DNA from: Spirochaetia bacterium
GTDB lineage: Bacteria; Spirochaetota; Spirochaetia; SZUA-6; Bin103
Assembly: GCA_965208575.1 (NCBI GenBank)
Contig: CBDBOV010000003.1
Span: forward strand, 736,001-800,000
Length of the DNA: 64,000 bases
Direction: 5' to 3'
The position numbers and the translations under genes were made by a program. This document shows positions 27,272 through 37,146 of the stretch, in pieces (position 1 is the stretch's first letter; every line of letters begins with the position of its first letter). The notes under the pieces were generated by a model. It worked only from the letters and a program-made list of their open reading frames with translations. It had not been told where the DNA came from and did not search any database.

Positions 27272-29200
27272 CTACATGTTGCGGTAGAAGAGCTGCTCCA
27301 TGCCGTAGTCGAGCGCGCGGTCGAAGGGGTAGCCTTCCTTGATCACGTTGCCGAGGTTGACGTTGTACACCGTCGGCACCGTCATGCTGCCGGTGGGCCA
27401 GATCGACACGTAGTTGCGGCTGAACCAGTCCATCAGGTCGGCGAACGCCGCCTCACCCTGCGGTGACTGCGGCGGATACACCTTCCAGGCTTCCCACAGC
27501 GCGATGTACTCCTCCATGTAGGGCGGCGGCTTGCGGCCGGTCTCGCCGTCGCTCTGGTAGTAGGCCCAGGACTGTGCCGCCCAGTCGCCCTTGGCGTACG
27601 GGCCGAAGTCCTCGGAGATGCCCGGCGCCCAGATCGGGCGGTCGGACCAGTGCACCGTGGCCATGTGCTCGTTGGCGGCCTGGCGCTGGCCCCAGATCTG
27701 GCTGCCCAGAACGGAGAACGAGGTGCGCACGCCGACTTCTTCGAAGTACTGCTTGAACAGCTCGCCGACCAGCAGGAAGTCCGGGGACACGTTGGCGGTG
27801 ATGATGTCGAGCGTGAACTCGGTGCCGTCGGGACCGAGCCGGAACCCGTCGGCATCGCGCTCGTCCATGCCCGCCGCGTCGAGCAGCTCGTTGGACTGCG
27901 CGGGGTCGTACTCGCGGTCGGTGATGGTGTCCAGCTTGTACTGGCCGAAGTAGACGTTCTCGTTGACGTCGTCCTTGTCGACCGCCAGCGCCAGCGCCTT
28001 GCCGAACCGCTTGTCGTTCATCAGCATCTGCCAGGTACTGTCCGGGTTGTCGTACTCGAAGTCCTGGTTCAGGAACAGCACCGGCGGGTTGTTGATCGAG
28101 CCGTGCAGCACCGTGGCGATGCCCTTGTCGGCATTCTGCAGGTAGATCGGCAGCTCCTTGAGTTGCGCGTAGCTGGTCACCACGTCGTACTCGCCGGCGG
28201 CGGTGTTCAGCTTGATCGCCTCCAGGTCGTTGGAGTTCTCGGCGACGATGTAGTCCACGTAGGGAAGCTGGCTGCCAGCCACGTCAATCTTCCAGTAGTA
28301 GGGGTTGCGCTCCAGCGTGTAGCCGGTGCTGGTGGCCTCGATGCCGACCCACGGGGCCAGCGACGGCACGTCCAGGCCGTGCGCGCGGTGCAGCTCCCAG
28401 TGCTGCATGTCCTTCTGCTGCACCAACTGCTCCCAGGTCTCGATCTCCAACTCGTCCAGGATCGGCTGGATCTCGTCCATCGGCGTGTAGTCGGCGTGGA
28501 ACTTCTTGATGAAGTGCGCCGGCCGGAACAGCAGCGTGTAGTCGGGAATCCACGAGGCCAGGTTGGCCAGGAAGAAGCCGTACGACACGTTGAACTCCAC
28601 GCAGAACGACAGGTCGTCGATGATGGTGACCACCGGCGGCGTACCGTCCGGAGACACGGCGCGGAAGTAGTAGGTGGGGTAGATGCGCTCGTCGCCGTAC
28701 AACTCGAAGGTCATGCGCACGTCCTCGGTGGTGAGCAGGTGGCCGTCCGACCAGCGCAGCCCCTCGCGGATCGTGAAGCAGAACTCCTTGAAGTCGTCGC
28801 TGATGCTGTACTCGCTGACGATCGCCGGCAGCGGATCCTTGGTGCTCTGGTCGGGAGCGCGCAGGAGCGACATGCCAAGCGCCAGGTAGATCTCGTGGAC
28901 GCCGCTGTTGTTCAGGTTGGGCACCCGGATGGTGCCGCCGTGCTTGCCCGGCTCCCAGTCCAGCCACTGCTCGGAGTTCAGCACTCCGGGGCCGACCACG
29001 AACGGCTCTACGGGAACGCGGTCCTCGATCGGCGGCAGTTCGCCGGCGGCCACGCGCGCGGCGAGCAGCGGCGACTCCTTGAAGGTCGCGGGAGCGGCGT
29101 ACTTCTGCCGTCCCGTCGGGTCCAGGGCCCACTGGCTCCATGCGGTGGTGCCGACCACCAGCAGCGTCAGCGCTGCCAGCAAACGCACATACTTCGTCAC
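27272..29200 (-). CDS. ABC transporter substrate-binding protein, family 5
   Basis: Signal peptide; 'ESPLLAARVAAGELPPIEDRVP', 'GLRWSDG', 'ERNPYYWKID..G.QLPYVD'. GTG start with AAGGAGG. Confidence 0.92.
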   Translation of the reverse strand: MTKYVRLLAALTLLVVGTTAWSQWALDPTGRQKYAAPATFKESPLLAARVAAGELPPIEDRVPVEPFVVGPGVLNSEQWLDWEPGKHGGTIRVPNLNNSGVHEIYLALGMSLLRAPDQSTKDPLPAIVSEYSISDDFKEFCFTIREGLRWSDGHLLTTEDVRMTFELYGDERIYPTYYFRAVSPDGTPPVVTIIDDLSFCVEFNVSYGFFLANLASWIPDYTLLFRPAHFIKKFHADYTPMDEIQPILDELEIETWEQLVQQKDMQHWELHRAHGLDVPSLAPWVGIEATSTGYTLERNPYYWKIDVAGSQLPYVDYIVAENSNDLEAIKLNTAAGEYDVVTSYAQLKELPIYLQNADKGIATVLHGSINNPPVLFLNQDFEYDNPDSTWQMLMNDKRFGKALALAVDKDDVNENVYFGQYKLDTITDREYDPAQSNELLDAAGMDERDADGFRLGPDGTEFTLDIITANVSPDFLLVGELFKQYFEEVGVRTSFSVLGSQIWGQRQAANEHMATVHWSDRPIWAPGISEDFGPYAKGDWAAQSWAYYQSDGETGRKPPPYMEEYIALWEAWKVYPPQSPQGEAAFADLMDWFSRNYVSIWPTGSMTVPTVYNVNLGNVIKEGYPFDRALDYGMEQLFYRNM

Positions 29201-29333
29201 GTCAGTTATCCTCCTTGATCGATACACTGTTCGTGAATTTGCCCACTCGGGGCACAATTGTCGGCGAATATATGAATATCCGTCCTCCGTGTCCACACGC
29301 CGGGCGCGTCCACCGGAACAAGTGCGGGGCGCG

Positions 29334-30197
29334 TCAGTCGAGAGGCAGCATGCGCACGGAGACTTCGAGCAGGCTCGCGCCGCCGCCGACGCGCACGCCG
29401 CGGGTGGGCGCCACGTCGTGGTAGTCGCGCCCCACCGCCACGCGCACGTGGCGCTCGTCCGGGGCCGTGCGGTTGGTCGGGTCGAATCCCACCCACGACA
29501 AGCCGGGCAGCAGGCATTCCACCCAGGCGTGCGACTGGGCGCCCATCTCCTCCTGCCCCGGCTTGCTCGCGAACAGGTAACCCGACACGTAGCGCGCGGG
29601 TATCCGCCACGAGCGCGCGACCGCGATCATCACGTGCGCGTAGTCCTGGCACACGCCGCGGCCCGAGTCCAGGATGTGGTCGATCGGCGACACCGCGGTC
29701 GTGCTGCCGGGCACGTAGGCGAAGGTTTGGTGCAGCGTGTCCGAGAGCCGGATGAGCGACTGCAGCGGGTCGTCGCCGGGGCGCAGGTCCACCTTGCGCA
29801 GGAACGCGGCGAGCGTCGGCGAGGGCCGCGCGTACATGCTCGGACGCGAGAACTCCCAGTGCGCGAACGATCGAGCGAGCGCGCCGGTCTGCTGCCACGC
29901 GTCGCCGTCCAGGGCTCCGGGAGTGCCGGCAGGCGCGCGCGCCTCGACGCGCGAGAGCGCCGTAATCTCGATCGCGGCGTGCTCGCGGAGCACGCTGAGG
30001 ACGTGCCTTGCGTTGCCGAAGCTGTCGGTCTCGGCGGTCATCGACGAGGGGGGATCGGTCCACACGTCGAACGAGTGCAGCCTCTGGCCCCGGTCGTCTC
30101 GGGGCCGCATGCACAGGGCCATCACGCAGTGCCGGGCCGGCTCGTCGTAGGTGTAGCGGGTAGTGTGCTCGATCTCGAAGGATGCAGAAGGAGACAT
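29334..30197 (-). CDS. Transglutaminase family protein
   Basis: 'HTTRYTY', catalytic 'GVCQDYAH', 'ARYVSGY', 'HAWVE', 'FDPTN' and 'GRDYHDVAP'. Confidence 0.92.
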   Translation of the reverse strand: MSPSASFEIEHTTRYTYDEPARHCVMALCMRPRDDRGQRLHSFDVWTDPPSSMTAETDSFGNARHVLSVLREHAAIEITALSRVEARAPAGTPGALDGDAWQQTGALARSFAHWEFSRPSMYARPSPTLAAFLRKVDLRPGDDPLQSLIRLSDTLHQTFAYVPGSTTAVSPIDHILDSGRGVCQDYAHVMIAVARSWRIPARYVSGYLFASKPGQEEMGAQSHAWVECLLPGLSWVGFDPTNRTAPDERHVRVAVGRDYHDVAPTRGVRVGGGASLLEVSVRMLPLD

Positions 30198-30201
30198 GGC
30201 G

Positions 30202-31167
30202 TCAGGAACCGGGCGCGTCCTCTACCGCGTAGTCGAACCAAGCCGCCGTCACCAGTTCGTGCAGCTCCCGGCAATAGGCGTCCATGCGGCGCAGGAAGCC
30301 GTCGTGGTCGTCGGTGTCCGGCCACTCGTAGAGCACCATGGCGTGCAGTCTGCCGGCGAGGCGCTCGGCGCGGCCGCTCGCCCGCGCGCCGGCGCCCGGC
30401 CCGACTGACACCAGGTAGTCGGACGCCTGGCCGAACACGCGCGCGAGCGAGTTCGGCAGCAACGGGTCGGTAACCAGCATGGTCATCGCGTCGGCGCGTT
30501 CCACGTTCATCCCGTACACGCGGTGGTAGGCCTCCTGCGCGTCGTAGATGCGCAGCACCGTGGTCCACTCCGCCGCCATGTCCTCCGCCTGCTCGCCGTC
30601 CGCCGCGAGTTGGAACCGCAGCAACGACGTGATCGACTGTGAACGTTCGATGACCCGCCCGAGCTGCAGGAACGCCCAGCCGTCGCCGCGGTACATCGTG
30701 GACGCCGCCACGCCCGCGAAGGTGTCGATCTCGGCGGCGGTCTGCGCGTAGAAATCTTCCGGTGACCGGCGCCAGATGTCGCCGATGCCGAGCTTCTGAA
30801 TGCGCAGGTAGGCCAGGTTGAGGCGGGTCCACATCTCGGCACTGATGCAGTGACGCATCTGCCGCGCGTTCTCGCGCCCCATGGCGAAACAGCTCCACAG
30901 CGCACCGGGATTGGTCGGCTCGAAGGTGAGGTCGTCGGCGAGCGTGTAGGAGTCGGCGAGGATGAAATCGTCGCCCGTGGCTTCTATCTCGCCCAGCGGG
31001 GGCACGCGGTTCATGGTGCGATAGATGCGCCGCCAGCCGACACCGATTTCGCGTTCGGAGCGGTCGACCAGCGCCTGCGTCTGCAGCCGCAGCAGGCGGC
31101 ACAGGTGTGCCGCGCGCGCCAAGTGGCGCCCCATCCAGTAGAGACCCTCCGCGCTGCGCGCAAGCAT
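30202..31167 (-). CDS. Alpha-E domain protein (DUF403)
   Basis: 'MLARSAEGLYWMGR', 'RENARQMR..IS.EMW..LN' and 'LGRVIERS'. Confidence 0.9.
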   Translation of the reverse strand: MLARSAEGLYWMGRHLARAAHLCRLLRLQTQALVDRSEREIGVGWRRIYRTMNRVPPLGEIEATGDDFILADSYTLADDLTFEPTNPGALWSCFAMGRENARQMRHCISAEMWTRLNLAYLRIQKLGIGDIWRRSPEDFYAQTAAEIDTFAGVAASTMYRGDGWAFLQLGRVIERSQSITSLLRFQLAADGEQAEDMAAEWTTVLRIYDAQEAYHRVYGMNVERADAMTMLVTDPLLPNSLARVFGQASDYLVSVGPGAGARASGRAERLAGRLHAMVLYEWPDTDDHDGFLRRMDAYCRELHELVTAAWFDYAVEDAPGS

Positions 31168-31228
31168 CGGCGACTAGCTGTCCGTGGACGGTCCGGCCCG
31201 TTCGCCGCCGTCCCGTTCCATCATCGCG

Positions 31229-31379
31229 TCAGTCATCGAGGACCCAGAAGTCCTTGCCGCCGGCGCCCTGGCTCGAATTGACCACCGGCTGCCCGGTTCG
31301 CAAACACAGACGCTCAATCATCGAGCACCCAGAAGTCCTTGCCGCCGCCGCCCTGGCTCGAATTGACCACCAGGCTGCC
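31229..31379. repeat. Imperfect direct duplication (~65 bp unit, 85 bp period) of the 3' end of the ATP-grasp gene
   Basis: tca[g/a]tcatcgag[g/c]acccagaagtccttgccgccg..gccctggctcgaattgaccacc..ggctgcc occurs at 31229 and at 31314. Confidence 0.92.
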
Positions 31380-32747
31380 GCGCCGCATGGCGACGCGGCA
31401 GAAGGCGCCCGGCACGATGCGCGTACGCGTGCCGTGCAACACGAACGGGCGCAGGTCGACGTGGCGCGGCTCGAAGCGGCCGTCGATCAGGCAGGGCGTG
31501 CGGGACAGCGCGAGCACCGGCTGCGAGATGAAGTCCGCCGGGTTCGCGCGCACCTGCCTGGCGTACGCTTCCCGTTCCTCCGCGGTGGCGTGCGGCCCGA
31601 TCAGCATGCCGTACCCGCCCGACTCGCCGACGCGCTTGACCACCAGGTTGTGCAGGTTGTCGAGGGTGTACTCCAGGTCTTCCGGACGCCGGCACAGCCG
31701 GGTGTCGACGTTCGCGAGCAACGGCTCCTCCGCCAGGTAGTAGCGCACCATGTCGGGGACGTAGGCGTAGACGCTCTTGTCGTCGGCGACGCCGGTGCCG
31801 GGCGCGTTCGCCAGCGCGACGTTGCCGAGCCGGTACGCATGCATCAGCCCGGGCACGCCCAGCACCGAGTCGGGGCGGAACACCAGCGGGTCGAGGAAGT
31901 CGTCGTCCACGCGCCGGTAGAGTACGTCGACGCGCCGCAGGCCCTTGGTGGTGCGCATGAACAGGCAGCCGTCGTTGACCAGCAGGTCCCGCCCCTCCAC
32001 CAGCTCGGCGCCGACTTCGCTGGCCAGAAACACGTGCTCGTAGAACGCGGAGTTGAACACGCCCGGGGTCAACAGCGCGAGCGCAGGGTCGGAGCGGCCC
32101 CTGGGATCGAGTTCGCGCAGCGTAGACAGCAGCTCGCGTCCGTAATGTTCCACGTCGCGCACGCGCGATGCGCGGTACAGACGGCGAAAGCTCGCCTTCG
32201 TCGCCTTGCGGTTGGCAAGCATGTACGACACGCCGGAAGGCACGCGCAGGTTGTCTTCGAGGACGCGGAAGCCGTCGCGGGTGCGCACCAGGTCGGTGCC
32301 GCAGATCGATACCCACGTTCCTGCGGGCGGGGAGAATCCGCGCATCTCGATGCGGTACTGCGGGCAGTCGCGCACCACGTCGACCGGGATCACGCCGTCC
32401 TCGACGATCCTGGCCGGACCGTAGACGTCGCTCAGAAACAGGTTGAGCGCCTTGAGCCGTTGCGTGAGCCCCGCCTCCAGTTCGCTCCAGTCGGCGCTCG
32501 ACATCACCCGCGGGATGCTGTCGATGGGGATGATGCGCTCGTCCGCCTGGTCGTCGGCGTACACGGTGAAGGTGATTCCCTCGTTGCGGAACGAGCGCGT
32601 GACCTGCTCCTGGATGGTGGCCAGGGCCTCGCGGGACAGCGAGGTCAGCGTGTCGTACAGGCCGCCCGAGTGCGCGCGCGGGGTACCGTCCGAGGCGAAC
32701 ATCTCGTCGTAGATGGTGGGATCGAGGTCGTAGTCGTCGAAATCCAA
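31314..32747 (-). CDS. Circularly permuted type 2 ATP-grasp protein
   Basis: 'EGITFTVY', 'VLEDNLRVPSGVSY', 'YRRVDDDFLDP', 'GVADDK', 'HVDLRPF' and 'VVNSSQGGGGKD.WV'. Confidence 0.93.
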   Translation of the reverse strand: MDFDDYDLDPTIYDEMFASDGTPRAHSGGLYDTLTSLSREALATIQEQVTRSFRNEGITFTVYADDQADERIIPIDSIPRVMSSADWSELEAGLTQRLKALNLFLSDVYGPARIVEDGVIPVDVVRDCPQYRIEMRGFSPPAGTWVSICGTDLVRTRDGFRVLEDNLRVPSGVSYMLANRKATKASFRRLYRASRVRDVEHYGRELLSTLRELDPRGRSDPALALLTPGVFNSAFYEHVFLASEVGAELVEGRDLLVNDGCLFMRTTKGLRRVDVLYRRVDDDFLDPLVFRPDSVLGVPGLMHAYRLGNVALANAPGTGVADDKSVYAYVPDMVRYYLAEEPLLANVDTRLCRRPEDLEYTLDNLHNLVVKRVGESGGYGMLIGPHATAEEREAYARQVRANPADFISQPVLALSRTPCLIDGRFEPRHVDLRPFVLHGTRTRIVPGAFCRVAMRRGSLVVNSSQGGGGKDFWVLDD

Positions 32748-32908
32748 TTAACGCCTCTGCACTGCGCCCACAGAGTTGCGCAATCCTACCACCGTGTCGA
32801 GCACGATGCACCCCCCGGTACCCTTAACCCGCCGAACTGTTGCGACGCGCGCCCGCACGGGTCTGTACACTTGGCACGGCGGCGGCAGTGTGTGCTATGC
32901 ATGCGCAC

Positions 32909-33145
32909 ATGCGGTTGCACATAACTCTGGAAGATGAGTTGGTGGCCGAGCTGGACCGGCGTGCAGGGGCGCGCCGACGGAGTGCATTCGTCGGGCAGTT
33001 GGTACGGCGCGCGCTGGAGGACGAGCGGCGCCGGGACGACATCGAAGCGGCGCTCGGCTCGATTGCCGACTCCGGGCACGAGTGGGACGACAACCCGGCG
33101 GCATGGGTGCGCGGCCAGCGCCGGGAGGACGTGAGCCGATGCTGA
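32909..33145 (+). CDS. CopG/ribbon-helix-helix antitoxin-like protein (VapB-like), orphan
   Basis: 'MRLHITLEDELVAELDRRAGARRRSAFV...ALG...HEWD..PAAWVR..R'. Confidence 0.7.
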   Translation: MRLHITLEDELVAELDRRAGARRRSAFVGQLVRRALEDERRRDDIEAALGSIADSGHEWDDNPAAWVRGQRREDVSRC

Positions 33146-33924
33146 CCGTTGAAGAGTTGCGCTTCTTCAAGCGCAACGGGTACCTGGTCAAGCGCGGCGT
33201 CATGGACGCGGCGCTGATGGCCCGGGCCCGCGAGTCGCTGTGGGAAGAGCCGCCGCGGTCGCTGAAGCGGGATGATCCGAATACGTGGGTCGGTCCGCTG
33301 CCGGCCGGCGACCTGTCCAAGGACCCGGACAGCGTGCGCGGCGAGTACCACTGGAAGTACCGCCGGGTCGGCGCCGAGCCATGGATCGTGCGCATGCTGG
33401 CCACCGACCCCGCCATCTTCGCCATGGCGGAGCAGATGCTCGGCGCCGGCGAGCTGCAGCCGCCGGAGCGCATCCGCGGCATCTACTGCATCCTGCCGTT
33501 CGGCGACCGCCCGCGCCCGCCGGTCGGCTGCCACTGCGACGGCCATCCCTTCCACCTCGGCGTGGTGGGCTACATCGACGACGTGGCGCCAGGCGGCGGC
33601 GGCTTCCACGTATGGCCGGGCAGCCACCGCGCGTTCTACCACACTTTCCGCACCGGCTACGTGCACGAGCCGGCCGAGGCGCACGACGCCGCCACCGAGC
33701 GCGTCAACCGGGACACGCCGCCGGTGGAATGCCACGGCAAGGCCGGCGACGTGGTGTTCTGGCACCACCGCCTTGGCCACATGGCGGGGCACAACTACTC
33801 GTCGCACATCCGCCAGGCCGTGCTGTACGACTACTGCAAGCGCGACCTGGAACAGGTCCAGGACCAGCCGCCGGCCGCCGACATGTGGCAGCACTGGTCC
33901 CCCGAACTGCGCGCCATTCGGTAG
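33139..33924 (+). CDS. PhyH family dioxygenase
   Basis: 'FFKRNGYLV', HCD, 'WPGSH' and 'GDVVFWHHRLGH...N....R'. Confidence 0.88.
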   Translation: MLTVEELRFFKRNGYLVKRGVMDAALMARARESLWEEPPRSLKRDDPNTWVGPLPAGDLSKDPDSVRGEYHWKYRRVGAEPWIVRMLATDPAIFAMAEQMLGAGELQPPERIRGIYCILPFGDRPRPPVGCHCDGHPFHLGVVGYIDDVAPGGGGFHVWPGSHRAFYHTFRTGYVHEPAEAHDAATERVNRDTPPVECHGKAGDVVFWHHRLGHMAGHNYSSHIRQAVLYDYCKRDLEQVQDQPPAADMWQHWSPELRAIR

Positions 33925-34013
33925 TTGATCGTGTTGCAGGTTGTTGCAGTGGGGCTGCCTGGAACAGACGCTCGAGTCTGGCGATAATGGTAACAACTCA
34001 AGGAGAGTAACGA

Positions 34014-35057
34014 ATGGCAACTGCAATCACGGCGCCGGCCACCTCGGCGGCGACCACCACCCTGTTCAACAAGACCCTCGGCTGCCTGCTCGGCGGCCTG
34101 ATCGGCGACGCCATCGGCACGCCCGCGGAGGGCAAGCCGTACGAAGTGCTGAAGGCGCACGGCTGGATCGACGACTTCGACGACGACGGCACCGACGACA
34201 CGATCATGAAGCACCTGCTCGCCGATGCGCTGATCCGCACCGGCGGGCACGCCACCATCGACGACTGGGCGGCCGTCTGGCTGGACCGCTGGGACGACAT
34301 CTTCGGCGCCAAGCTGAACAAGTTCTTCCCGTCGGTGACCCATACCGCGCAGAAGCTGCGCCGCCACTCGGTGCCGCGCATGGCGGCGCTCGGCAACATG
34401 CCGAGCTCCAGCACCGCCATGTGCTTTTCGCCGGTGGGCATCGTCAACGCCTGCAACCCGCGCTCCGCGGCGCTGCAGGGCTACAACCTGGCGGCGCTGA
34501 TCCACGGTCACGACGTCGGCTTCTGCCAGGACGCCGCCGTGGCGATGGCCGCCGGCGTCGCCGAGGCGTTCCGCTCCGGCGCCAGCGTGGCATCCGTGGT
34601 GGCCGCCACCCAGGACTACATTGTCCAGGACAGCGGCGCCGAGATGCTCGACCTGATCGGCCGCTTCCTGGAGCTGGCGCGCGAGGACGGCGACTACGAG
34701 GGCTTCCGCGAGCGCGCCTACGCGAACGCGGACACCCTGTTCCGGCGCATCGGCTGCGACTCCCGCGAGACGGTGCCGGTGACCGTGGCGCTGTTCGAGC
34801 TGGCCGGGGGCGACGTCGAGAAGTGCGTGACCTACGGCGCCAACTTCGGCCGCGACGCCGACACCATCGCCACCATGTGCGGCGCCCTCGGCGGCGCCCT
34901 GAACGGGGTCGACGGCATCCGCGCCGACTGGGTGGAGAAGGCGCAGCGCCTCACCGCCACCGACCAGCAGGAATTGGCCCACGACCTGGTGCGCACCGCG
35001 GTAGCCAAGATCCGCGACCGCAAGGCGGCCATCTCCGAGTTCGGCAAGATCGCCTGA
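34014..35057 (+). CDS. ADP-ribosylglycohydrolase family protein
   Basis: 'IGDAIGTPAEG', 'TDDT' and 'NFGRDADTIATMCGALGGA'. Confidence 0.9.
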   Translation: MATAITAPATSAATTTLFNKTLGCLLGGLIGDAIGTPAEGKPYEVLKAHGWIDDFDDDGTDDTIMKHLLADALIRTGGHATIDDWAAVWLDRWDDIFGAKLNKFFPSVTHTAQKLRRHSVPRMAALGNMPSSSTAMCFSPVGIVNACNPRSAALQGYNLAALIHGHDVGFCQDAAVAMAAGVAEAFRSGASVASVVAATQDYIVQDSGAEMLDLIGRFLELAREDGDYEGFRERAYANADTLFRRIGCDSRETVPVTVALFELAGGDVEKCVTYGANFGRDADTIATMCGALGGALNGVDGIRADWVEKAQRLTATDQQELAHDLVRTAVAKIRDRKAAISEFGKIA

Positions 35058-35118
35058 CGCGGGGATACACTCTGATGTCGCGCCGCCCTGGGCGGCGGCG
35101 CGGCACATCGGGAGGAGC

Positions 35119-36084
35119 ATGGCAAACAACCAGTCGACCGCAACCACGCCCGCGGTCACGAGCGCACCGCCGCTGAACGCCAAGTGGCGCAAGATCACCG
35201 TCAACTGGCAGCTCTACCTGCTGTGCGTTCTGCCGATCGCCTGGCTGATCATCTTCATGTACATCCCGATGTACGGGAACCTGATCGCCTTCAAGCGCTA
35301 CGTCCCGACCCTCGGCGTGCTCGGCAGCCCCTGGGTCGGGTTCGACAACTTCATCCGCTTCTTCAAGTCCTACCGCTTCTTCCAGGTGCTGTGGAACACC
35401 TTCTACCTGAGCTTCTACGACCTGCTCGTCGGCTTCCCGATCCCGATCGCGCTCGCCCTGGTGCTGCACTACATGCCGATCGCGCGCTACAAGAAGACCG
35501 TACAGATGGTCACCTACGCGCCGCACTTCATCTCGACGGTGGTGATGGTGGGGATCATCTTCAAGCTCGGCTCGCAGCGCATCGGGCTGGTCAACGTGAT
35601 GCTCGCGGGGCTGGGACTGCCGGAAGTCAACTTCCTGGGCAGCTCACAGTTGTTCGGGCACGTGTTCGTGTGGACCAACGTGTGGCAGCAGATGGGCTGG
35701 GGCACCATCATCTACCTGGCGGCGCTGTCGGCGGTCGATCCCGAGCTGCACGAGTCGGCCACCGTGGACGGCGCCTCCATCTGGCAGCGGATGCGCCACA
35801 TCGACATACCCGGCATCCTGCCCACGGTGATCATTCTGCTGATCCTGCGCGCCGGCATGATCCTGCAGGTCGGCTTCGAGAAGGTGTTCCTGCTGCAGAA
35901 CAACCTCAACATCGAGGCGTCGGAGGTGATCCAGACCTACGTCTACAAGATCGGGATCGCCAGCCGCAACCCGAACTTCCACTACGCCACCGCGATCGGG
36001 TTGTTCCAGAACGTGGTGATGTTCCTGATGCTGATCGCGGTCAACCGGATCGCCCGGCGCGTATCCGACACCTCGCTCTGGTAG
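35119..36084 (+). CDS. Carbohydrate ABC transporter permease (LplB-like)
   Basis: 'SPWVGFDNF', 'YAPHFISTVV' and EAA-like 'ELHESATVDGA'. Confidence 0.92.
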   Translation: MANNQSTATTPAVTSAPPLNAKWRKITVNWQLYLLCVLPIAWLIIFMYIPMYGNLIAFKRYVPTLGVLGSPWVGFDNFIRFFKSYRFFQVLWNTFYLSFYDLLVGFPIPIALALVLHYMPIARYKKTVQMVTYAPHFISTVVMVGIIFKLGSQRIGLVNVMLAGLGLPEVNFLGSSQLFGHVFVWTNVWQQMGWGTIIYLAALSAVDPELHESATVDGASIWQRMRHIDIPGILPTVIILLILRAGMILQVGFEKVFLLQNNLNIEASEVIQTYVYKIGIASRNPNFHYATAIGLFQNVVMFLMLIAVNRIARRVSDTSLW

Positions 36085-36091
36085 GCTGCAC

Positions 36092-37024
36092 GTGCTGAAG
36101 GCACTCACCGGCGCGGGCGGCATCCGCTACTCGAAGGAAGACCGCCTGTTCTACGTGCTCGACTTCATCGTGCTCACGATCGTCTTCGTGCTGGTCATCT
36201 ATCCGCTCATCTACATCCTGAGTTCAAGCTTCTCCGACAAGCTTGCGGTCATGGCGGGCCGCGTCATCCTGTGGCCGATCAAACCCTCGCTGGAAGGGTA
36301 CCAGGCGGTGTTCGAGTTCGACGAGGTGTGGGTCGGCTACTACAACACGATCATTTACACGGTGTTCGGCACGGCGCTGAACGTGTTCATGACCATGATC
36401 GTCGCCTACCCGCTGTCGCGCCGCGACTTCGTGGGCCGCAACCTGATCATGTTCGCCTTTACCTTCACGCTGTTCTTTCACGGCGGCCTGATTCCCACCT
36501 ACCTGCTGATCCGCAGCCTCGGGCTGATCGACACGCGCGCGGTGATGATCATCCCGTGGGCGATCGCGGTCTACAACGTGATCATTACCCGCACCTTCCT
36601 GCAGTCCTCCATTCCCACGGAACTGTACGAGGCGGCGCGCGTGGACGGCGCGTCCAACATCCGCATGCTGCTGATGATCGTGCTGCCGCTGTCGGGGCCG
36701 ATCATCGCCGTCATCTCGCTGTTCTACGCGGTCGGGCACTGGAATCAGTTCTTCAACGCGCTGATCTACCTGCGCCGCAGCGAACTCAAGCCGCTGCAAC
36801 TGGTGCTGCGCGATATCCTGGTGCTCAACTCGCCGGCCGCGCTGAGCGACCTGATGGCATCGGCCACCCCCGAGGAGCTGGAGGCGCTGCAGCAGCGCGC
36901 GTTTCTGCAGAGCCTGATCCAGTTTGCCCTGATCATCATCGCCACGGCGCCGGTCCTGGTTGCCTACCCGTTCGTGCAGAAGCACTTCGTGCGCGGGGTG
37001 ATGATCGGCGCCATCAAGGGGTAG
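36092..37024 (+). CDS. Carbohydrate ABC transporter permease (LplC-like)
   Basis: 'GGLIPTYL', 'ELYEAARVDGAS' and 'YPFVQKHFVRGVMIGAIKG'. Confidence 0.92.
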   Translation: MLKALTGAGGIRYSKEDRLFYVLDFIVLTIVFVLVIYPLIYILSSSFSDKLAVMAGRVILWPIKPSLEGYQAVFEFDEVWVGYYNTIIYTVFGTALNVFMTMIVAYPLSRRDFVGRNLIMFAFTFTLFFHGGLIPTYLLIRSLGLIDTRAVMIIPWAIAVYNVIITRTFLQSSIPTELYEAARVDGASNIRMLLMIVLPLSGPIIAVISLFYAVGHWNQFFNALIYLRRSELKPLQLVLRDILVLNSPAALSDLMASATPEELEALQQRAFLQSLIQFALIIIATAPVLVAYPFVQKHFVRGVMIGAIKG

Positions 37025-37146
37025 GCGCGGCGCGGGCGCGGCGCGCGGCGCCGAGTCGCATTGACACGCCGGCACCCGGCGGCCGACATTGCGCGGCGAA
37101 TCCAACTTCCAAACCGGTGCCCACGGGCACCAAAAGGAGACCTTGC

